Source: a virus. From it: DNA of 64,000 nucleotides. Position numbers and translations under genes: made by a program. Where the stretch lies: positions 12,279 through 76,278 of IMG/VR virus record IMGVR_UViG_3300001589_000003; one strand, 5' to 3'. Shown here in pieces: positions 57,512-64,000 of this stretch (within the stretch, counting starts at the first letter, position 1; every line of letters starts with the position of its first letter). Under the pieces are notes generated by a model that saw nothing but the letters and a program-made list of their open reading frames with translations, did not search any database and was not told the DNA's origin.

Positions 57512-58359
57512 GGTTCCTCCTCTTTTTTAAAGATATGTGATAGTTTTTTAACCATCTTCTTCACTTCATCACTTTTTAGCTTAGGCATGTTTGCTGCTGC
57601 CCATTTTATAACTCTACCCTTTGCATTAGGTGTTATCAATTGATTGGGTTCTGGTATACCCATTGTCCATTCCAATAATTCAAAGTTGGCTACCACATAG
57701 TTTTTACCAGATATGTTTAATGCTTTAGCTATCTCTGCTGCCTTAACAAAGTATATGTATTTGTTAGGTAGTTCTACATAGTCTGGGTTCATCCCAGTCT
57801 TATCTAATACTAAGCTCACATAGGTATTAAATATTTCATCAGTTATGTCTGAATTTATATCATTACATATAAGGGTTTCATTTTCATAGGATTGGCATAA
57901 CTCCTCATGCTTAGAATTTAATTGCAATAGGTTGTAGTTGTTCATTAGGTCCATACCCAGGTTTATATAGATTATATAACCCTCTCTCTGCTTTAAACTG
58001 AAGGTTTTACAAAAATCAGTTGCAAGTTCTGATGCTTCTTTAATCTGTGACCACTTCTTATTACCCTCCTTAATTATCTCTGTGCCCTTTCTCTTCCTTT
58101 GTTTTCTTATGCTTTGTAAAAGTGATGCAAACATCTGAGCTGCACCGGTAGTAGAATAGGTTATTGATCTTATCTTTTTCTTGTCCTTGGATTTGAATTC
58201 CAGTGAACTCCTATGATAAATTGAGTATTTCTTTCCTCTACTCATTAGGAATTCTACTAGATCAGTAGCAGGTATGCGCTCCTGTAATTTATCTGAATAC
58301 TCTATGATCAAAGCATACAAAGTTGATTTGGTTATATGTAAAGATGGTTCTCTTTTCAT
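57505..58359 (-). CDS. Hypothetical replication-associated protein (start MKREPS)
   Basis: ATGA overlap with primase stop. Confidence 0.6.
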   Translation of the reverse strand: MKREPSLHITKSTLYALIIEYSDKLQERIPATDLVEFLMSRGKKYSIYHRSSLEFKSKDKKKIRSITYSTTGAAQMFASLLQSIRKQRKRKGTEIIKEGNKKWSQIKEASELATDFCKTFSLKQREGYIIYINLGMDLMNNYNLLQLNSKHEELCQSYENETLICNDINSDITDEIFNTYVSLVLDKTGMNPDYVELPNKYIYFVKAAEIAKALNISGKNYVVANFELLEWTMGIPEPNQLITPNAKGRVIKWAAANMPKLKSDEVKKMVKKLSHIFKKEEEPW

Positions 58360-59348
58360 GCCTTTGGTAAATATTCTGCTGGTCTTGGTGTAGAAATGTA
58401 TTTGTTGTATATATCTGAATAACTTTGCCAAGGTTGGTTATCTACATACTCCATAGTTTTCTTTTTACCTATACTATTTACATCTACCTTCTTAACCTTT
58501 CCTAAACTCATTGGTAATTTAACTACTTTTACTTTCTTATGAGGAGCTAACATCATCCCAGTTCTTAACCCTTCCCAGTAAGCATCGGGGTCTAGTATTA
58601 TAACCACCTCCTCACAAGGAGACTTTATAACCTTAGATAGTTGGTAGTTAGATATCCTCTTACCAACTATGCCAAATGCCTTATCACCTATAGTTAGAGC
58701 ATTTATGGATGACTCCACCATGTAGGTCTTCTTGTATACACTTAAGCAATCTACATTGTAAACTAGCATGGATTTACCTACTCCAAATTCATCATTTGAT
58801 GGGTTCTTATGAGCCTCCCCTACATTGATAAATTGCCTAGCATTAAAATAGATAATCTTACCCTGTTCATAAAAAGGTATTATGATTCTGCCCCCATATT
58901 TTCCTTTAGTACAATAACCTACTCCCCTCATGGATAGTTTCATTGTTTTAAAACCTCTACCCTTCATGTAATTTCTTGCAAGCTTTGAATAAGTTGAATC
59001 TCCTAGGGTTAGTAGTTTATATCCTTCTGGTAAGAATCCAAACTTCTGGCTAATCTCCTTTATCTGTTTGTCTAGTAGCTTGGAGTCATCAAAGGTTCCT
59101 ATAAACAACAAAGCCTCATTGTATGTAGGTATCTGTTCTACCTTCATTAATAAGTCTATTGGTTTTGGGTGATACCCACAGGAGAAGCAATTGGTTCTAT
59201 CCATATATACATTCATACCATACTTACCATCCTTACCACAGTTTGGACACTCCCCATGTCTTACCCAACCAGTTCTGTGGATATGTCCACCTAATCTATG
59301 TAGAAACCAAGTGGTTATTTTGGCTGATATGTCTTTATTCAGTATCAT
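58356..59348 (-). CDS. DNA primase (zinc finger + TOPRIM)
   Basis: CPNC..CFSC, RIIIPF, VES, LDPDA. Confidence 0.8.
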   Translation of the reverse strand: MILNKDISAKITTWFLHRLGGHIHRTGWVRHGECPNCGKDGKYGMNVYMDRTNCFSCGYHPKPIDLLMKVEQIPTYNEALLFIGTFDDSKLLDKQIKEISQKFGFLPEGYKLLTLGDSTYSKLARNYMKGRGFKTMKLSMRGVGYCTKGKYGGRIIIPFYEQGKIIYFNARQFINVGEAHKNPSNDEFGVGKSMLVYNVDCLSVYKKTYMVESSINALTIGDKAFGIVGKRISNYQLSKVIKSPCEEVVIILDPDAYWEGLRTGMMLAPHKKVKVVKLPMSLGKVKKVDVNSIGKKKTMEYVDNQPWQSYSDIYNKYISTPRPAEYLPKA

Positions 59349-60771
59349 TGTTAAGATCAGTTTTAACTATTGACTTTCTCTTAGTTTTTTCTTCCGCTCG
59401 ATTCTCCACTCTCTGCCCATCCACAAATTGCTTTACCTCTTCTCTTGTAAACTCCTTCAATCTTTGAGTTGTAACATCAACATGAAAATAGATAGCACCA
59501 TTTGGAAACCCATCTCTCTGCTCCATAATCTCCAGCCTCAATACCCCAAGCTCCTCCTCCACTGCATTTTGTTGTATTCCAAAGAGGGTATCTACATGTC
59601 TCTCTATGTCAATACATTTAGCAAGGTCTGATGTCTCATATACTTTGTCCCTTTTATCATAAGCTTTCCTGACAACGTGGTGCCCTGTTATAACGTGGTC
59701 GAAGTCATTGAATTTAGCCCAGTTCTTAAGGTCTAAGTAGGCATCTGATATTTTATTTAGATCATCCTTTGCCCCGGTTGTTGCTCCCATGATTGCAGCA
59801 TAATCTACTATCGCTACATCAAATTTTATACCATACTCATGGTACACATCATCAAGTTCCTTTTGAAAGTCATCTGTAGTTGAGTTGTTCCTCATCCTTA
59901 TGACATATACCTCCCCACCCATCCGTCTAAACCTTCTATATTGTTTTTCTAGGTCCTTATCATAATCCCCAGAGATTATTTGTTTCTTGTTTTTGTTTAT
60001 AACTAACTCATCAATTCTTAGGCTAATACTCTCTTGCCCATTTTCTAAATCAAAGTATATTACTTTCTTGTTTGTTTTATTATTACCCTTCCTACTCATG
60101 TAATCTTTAGCAAAGTTAACCATTGTCATGGTCTTACCTTTCTTGGGTCTATCCACTAATACTATGACAGAACCCTTACCATAGCCTCCAGCATTAGTAA
60201 GTCTATTTATTTGAGAATAAGGTGTAGGTATTATAGTATCATGATTATGCCTCTCTAGGAGTCTATGTTTTAATGCTCCTACCATGAAGGTTCCCTTGTC
60301 TTGGTCTAATTCTATCCCTAGATTTACAGCCTTCTGTATATTCTTGGATAGAGTAGCATAAGAATCATAGTTTTGTAACTCGACCCCTTCCAGTGTATTT
60401 CTTAGTTCTACATAGGAGGCAAATTGTTTACAATGAAATAGTATCTCATCGCCGTCTTTAACAGGAGTTTTATATAGCTTCTTTACCCTCCTTTTAATTC
60501 TGTCTTTATCAGGTGATAATAGTTCTTGTGCATAGTCCCTGGTCTTGAAGAGCTTATTTAGTTCTTGGTTTAACACAGAGGCAGAAGAGGGCACTCTCTT
60601 TTTTCTTCTAAAAAACCTAGATAATGCGTGGGTTATAACCATCTGATCATCCACCTCAAAGTAGGTATGTTTGATCAATGACAATGCTTTATAACCATAT
60701 TTATCCTTTACTATAAACCTTATTATCGACCATTGAAAATCTATATCAAATTGAAACTTGTTTTCACTCAT
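59335..60771 (-). CDS. DnaB-like replicative helicase
   Basis: RPKKGKT, FDLEN, IVDY. Confidence 0.8.
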   Translation of the reverse strand: MSENKFQFDIDFQWSIIRFIVKDKYGYKALSLIKHTYFEVDDQMVITHALSRFFRRKKRVPSSASVLNQELNKLFKTRDYAQELLSPDKDRIKRRVKKLYKTPVKDGDEILFHCKQFASYVELRNTLEGVELQNYDSYATLSKNIQKAVNLGIELDQDKGTFMVGALKHRLLERHNHDTIIPTPYSQINRLTNAGGYGKGSVIVLVDRPKKGKTMTMVNFAKDYMSRKGNNKTNKKVIYFDLENGQESISLRIDELVINKNKKQIISGDYDKDLEKQYRRFRRMGGEVYVIRMRNNSTTDDFQKELDDVYHEYGIKFDVAIVDYAAIMGATTGAKDDLNKISDAYLDLKNWAKFNDFDHVITGHHVVRKAYDKRDKVYETSDLAKCIDIERHVDTLFGIQQNAVEEELGVLRLEIMEQRDGFPNGAIYFHVDVTTQRLKEFTREEVKQFVDGQRVENRAEEKTKRKSIVKTDLNNDTE

Positions 60772-60886
60772 TAGAATACAAAGTATTAATTATCAGAAAG
60801 TTAGAAATTTGTTTTTGAAATATAGATTTTTATATCTAATTTCGGATTCATAATATAATTATTCATTAATAGTATACCCTAAATTT

Positions 60887-61495
60887 ATGGAAGAACACCG
60901 ATTGAAACCAATGAAACCCAATTACGATGAGCAGTTATTTAATGAATTATACAGGAATACCCAGAGTTTACGTAATAAACTTGCTTATGGTATTGACCCT
61001 AAAATATTTGGAGTGGATTACAAAGAGATACTATCTTGGTTTGATGTTAAATTTATCTTCGTGTTTAATAGATACTGTGATGAGAAAAGTGATGAACATT
61101 TAAAGGCGACCATCATAAACTCATTGAAATTTTTTAAGAACCGAATACTTAAATCCTCCTACTCTCAAAAGAACCAAGTTAATAACCATACCTTAAACCT
61201 AGATGATATCAATTCAGAGGGTTTAAAAATTGAGTATGAATACAAGGAGAAAGATACCTACCTAGAGTCTGCCATGAATATCATGAAAAATAAGCTTACA
61301 CCTGAAGCTTATCAAATACTATCTATAGAAATAAACCCACCTCTATATGTATTGAATAGGTTAGCTAATGATCCCAAGGGTAATACAACAAAAATCCCAA
61401 GCAAGATAATAGGTGATTATCTAGGCTTGGGAACTAAGGAAATCAATACCTTTAAAAAAGAGATAGAACTAGTTTATAAAAATGGTATTATATGA
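60887..61495 (+). CDS. Phage sigma-factor-like protein
   Basis: FNELY region-2-like start; LTPEAYQIL and IGDYLGL region-4-like HTH. Confidence 0.5.
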   Translation: MEEHRLKPMKPNYDEQLFNELYRNTQSLRNKLAYGIDPKIFGVDYKEILSWFDVKFIFVFNRYCDEKSDEHLKATIINSLKFFKNRILKSSYSQKNQVNNHTLNLDDINSEGLKIEYEYKEKDTYLESAMNIMKNKLTPEAYQILSIEINPPLYVLNRLANDPKGNTTKIPSKIIGDYLGLGTKEINTFKKEIELVYKNGII

Positions 61496-63032
61496 GATAT
61501 TTTATAAATATCCAACCCCTATTCATAACGGCATCATTATAAAAAGTACTATCAAAGCTTTCTGAACTTCTTCTAGCTAAGGTAATATTTGTATCTGTTA
61601 CTTGAGAAACACCTCCCCTTATATTATAGGATATTGTATTCATACTATTCAATGGTAATAGACTAGATAAATTATCAGGTTGTATCATAGCAGATACATG
61701 TCTAATCCTTAGCATGGCAGTAGGAGATATACCATGAGCAACAATTACAGTATTATTAGTATTCATATCCCACACCCCTATCTCAATTACTTTGGTTATT
61801 GTGGTACCTGTAGGCGTATCAATAGAATAAACCTGGTCTCTTCTCAAGGCATCACCTGCTAATAAACCTACTCCTAACCCAGTTAATTTGTTATTACCCA
61901 TTGATTGGTTACCAGTAAAAGCATTGCTACCATCCTCTCTTATAACTTGTTCATACCTTGCCGCTTGACCCGCAGCAGTTGCAGCAGCCAACCCAGTAAC
62001 CTTATTATTAGCCATAGCTAAGTTGCCACTCATTGAATCTCCAGTTTTAGAAACCTTACCAGTTATGTCAGAAGCATTGTTATCAGAGGCTGATTCGTTG
62101 GCTGCAATTGCTGCATCCATCTTACCAGCTGCAACTACTAAGTCATCTCCATTATTTATATAGTTGTTAGATGAGTAGACTGTGTTTACATCACCCACTG
62201 CTGTTAGTAATGCTGCAACATCACCATCCACATCGGCATTGTTTAAGTTTCTCCACCCTGTCCAAGCTGCTCCACTATCCACTGAGCTCCTAGCATAAAC
62301 TTTACCTGTTACTACTGCCATAGCTAATTGACTTATAACTTGGTTGGTTCTAAAAACCATCACACTAAACCCTGTACCTGAGATAGGAGGGTTTAGTATA
62401 ACATTAGGAGAGTTAGCTATATAGAATACACCATTTACCAGTAGCCTACTAAAATCATTATAGTGTGCTTCAGTGGGCCATCTGTTTAACTCTTGGTCAT
62501 CTCTAGCTACAAATGCTTTGTTACCCGAAGAAAAAGGTTCGTCAGCCTTTACCCAGATAGTCTCAGCATGGTCTGTAGCATTGGGAGCTATTATGAATCT
62601 ACCTATTATTACCTGAGTATTAGCATTTGATACTGTTGGTATGGCTTCATCTTCTATAGCTCCTTTAATGATACTATAGCTAGCAGTGGCGCCTCCCCCT
62701 GAAGCTAACCACTCGTGAGTCATCACTAGTATATCAGTTCTGTTCATAGAATTACTAGGGTTGAAATCCAGGTTAAGAGCAATTGCTTCGTCCTCCAGAA
62801 CTAGCGTTCCATTAACTGATTTTACTGCACCATAGGGACCGTCTAGTGCATCATTAGTCTCTGTACTAATAGATATCCCTTTTGGATGACTAATCTCAAT
62901 AGAATTACCCGATATGATAGCTAAACTATCCCAACCAGCTATCAAGCCAGGAGGTACATGCATAGCCAGAAATTTATTCTGGTCATACGATGTAAGGGGT
63001 TTTAAATAATCTACGTATCTTATCTGGGCCAT
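61488..63032 (-). CDS. Tail fibre protein
   Basis: Knob-like GKVYARS...WTGW; two fibre repeats (GN.x.M.NNK.TGL). Confidence 0.7.
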   Translation of the reverse strand: MAQIRYVDYLKPLTSYDQNKFLAMHVPPGLIAGWDSLAIISGNSIEISHPKGISISTETNDALDGPYGAVKSVNGTLVLEDEAIALNLDFNPSNSMNRTDILVMTHEWLASGGGATASYSIIKGAIEDEAIPTVSNANTQVIIGRFIIAPNATDHAETIWVKADEPFSSGNKAFVARDDQELNRWPTEAHYNDFSRLLVNGVFYIANSPNVILNPPISGTGFSVMVFRTNQVISQLAMAVVTGKVYARSSVDSGAAWTGWRNLNNADVDGDVAALLTAVGDVNTVYSSNNYINNGDDLVVAAGKMDAAIAANESASDNNASDITGKVSKTGDSMSGNLAMANNKVTGLAAATAAGQAARYEQVIREDGSNAFTGNQSMGNNKLTGLGVGLLAGDALRRDQVYSIDTPTGTTITKVIEIGVWDMNTNNTVIVAHGISPTAMLRIRHVSAMIQPDNLSSLLPLNSMNTISYNIRGGVSQVTDTNITLARRSSESFDSTFYNDAVMNRGWIFIKYLI

Positions 63033-63049
63033 TTCTTATTGGGTTTAAA

Positions 63050-63442
63050 TTACCACTTACTTACTTTCTTCTGGAAGGCTATCAAGTCCTCGTTTAAAAC
63101 TAGGTATTTCACATGAGCCATACTAGTTTTTATAACCTTAGCCTCTTCATCTTCCAATGATATATTTATTTTATTTAGCTTAGTTAAATCAGGCTCATCT
63201 TTGTCTTTCTCATCTTTGACTTTCTTAAGCCCATCCTGTATCTTGTTTAATATTTTGAACTTTACCTGCTGTTGTTCCAAATCACCTAAGCCACCCCCTG
63301 GTTCTGGAGTTTTTATAATCTCTAATAATAGGTCAAAATATGAGGTGGTTGAATAATTGTTCATAACCTCAAACCTCTTCCCTTCTGCTGTTCTAAAGTT
63401 AGTTATCTCTAACCCAACTTCTTTGTTTTCAATTTTTTTCAT
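63050..63442 (-). CDS. Hypothetical protein (tail region)
   Basis: ORF track. Confidence 0.5.
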   Translation of the reverse strand: MKKIENKEVGLEITNFRTAEGKRFEVMNNYSTTSYFDLLLEIIKTPEPGGGLGDLEQQQVKFKILNKIQDGLKKVKDEKDKDEPDLTKLNKINISLEDEEAKVIKTSMAHVKYLVLNEDLIAFQKKVSKW

Positions 63443-63464
63443 TAGTTAATTTATTTTAGTTTAA

Positions 63465-63764
63465 TCAATCAAAACCTTTTATATCTTTTTCTTTAGCTCT
63501 CTTTATCTTAAGCTCATCCTCCGCTCTACCATCAGCTACTACTCTCTTCATGTCTTGTTTAATTTTATTACACATGTGTTGTCTTTTGGATATAGAGTTG
63601 GGTTGCATTGGAGCCTTGTCACCTGGTTTCTTAGGTACAAATCCCGGCTCAGGTACTAGTTCCTGATAAGGTCCAAACCTTACAGCGTAATACTCTTCTG
63701 CTTCTGTCATTAAGCTCTCGGGCAATTCTAATCCCAAGTTTACCATTTTTTCTTGTCCAGCCAT
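63465..63764 (-). CDS. Hypothetical protein (tail region)
   Basis: ORF track. Confidence 0.5.
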   Translation of the reverse strand: MAGQEKMVNLGLELPESLMTEAEEYYAVRFGPYQELVPEPGFVPKKPGDKAPMQPNSISKRQHMCNKIKQDMKRVVADGRAEDELKIKRAKEKDIKGFD

Positions 63765-64000
63765 TTTATTGTTTAGTTTATATTTAGTTACTTATTAATA
63801 GTATTCTTCTAGGAAGCTGCACTAAGTCCTGTGGAAGCTAGTAAAGCATTGATGGCATCTATTGCTGTCTTATGCGCATCTATTGCTGTCTTAGCTGCTT
63901 TATTTATATGCTGGTTTGACTGAGCCATCAGCTGCTAATGGCTCTATGGCTAGATTCTTAATAAATAAGGCATTCAATGCCGCTATCTTTAGGCTTTTTA

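Noticed and set aside
2901-59631. Many plus-strand ORFs opposite minus-strand genes (for example 3739, 6266, 41874, 47467)
   Set aside because: Antisense shadows of well-supported genes, with F/L/S-rich low-complexity translations
63809-63928. 18 bp direct repeat (KTAIDA twice) in a 39 aa ORF
   Set aside because: At the window edge, probably a tail-gene remnant; insufficient context
1-64000. Stop-codon reassignment as in some Bacteroidota phages
   Set aside because: Core genes are intact in the standard code and end in TAA, TAG and TGA
1-64000. CRISPR array, integrase, or reverse transcriptase/DGR
   Set aside because: No regularly spaced repeats or corresponding protein motifs seen

Overview
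A 64 kb segment of an AT-rich lytic dsDNA phage with a contractile tail. The host is very probably a Bacteroidota member, because promoters match the TAnnTTTG -7 type and leaders are A-rich without Shine-Dalgarno sites. The standard genetic code is used. Layout: 1-15.7 kb late operon on the minus strand (atypical C5 methyltransferase-like gene, CHAP endolysin, intein-containing terminase, portal, protease/scaffold, major capsid protein, neck, tail sheath); 15.8-20.3 kb accessory genes on the plus strand; 20.3-39 kb many short early transcription units on the minus strand; 39-60.8 kb replication, recombination and nucleotide genes (NusG-like, resolvase, SbcCD, 5'-3' exonuclease, RecA, SSB, dNMP kinase, PolA, dCMP deaminase, two thymidylate-synthase-fold genes, intein-containing helicase, primase, DnaB); then a sigma-like gene and a tail fibre. 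The most striking signal is a sharply bounded 770 bp island (20231-21000) with no AC or GT dinucleotide at all. It encodes two proteins lacking Thr and Val, and shorter AC/GT-free patches recur at host-type early promoters, whereas the putative late promoter (ACAATACT) contains AC twice. With two cytosine-type thymidylate synthase homologues and a late, non-canonical DNA cytosine methyltransferase homologue, this suggests a context-specific cytosine hypermodification system whose target sites have been purged from the first DNA the host RNA polymerase must read. That model is inference. All family assignments come from motif recognition, not database searches.
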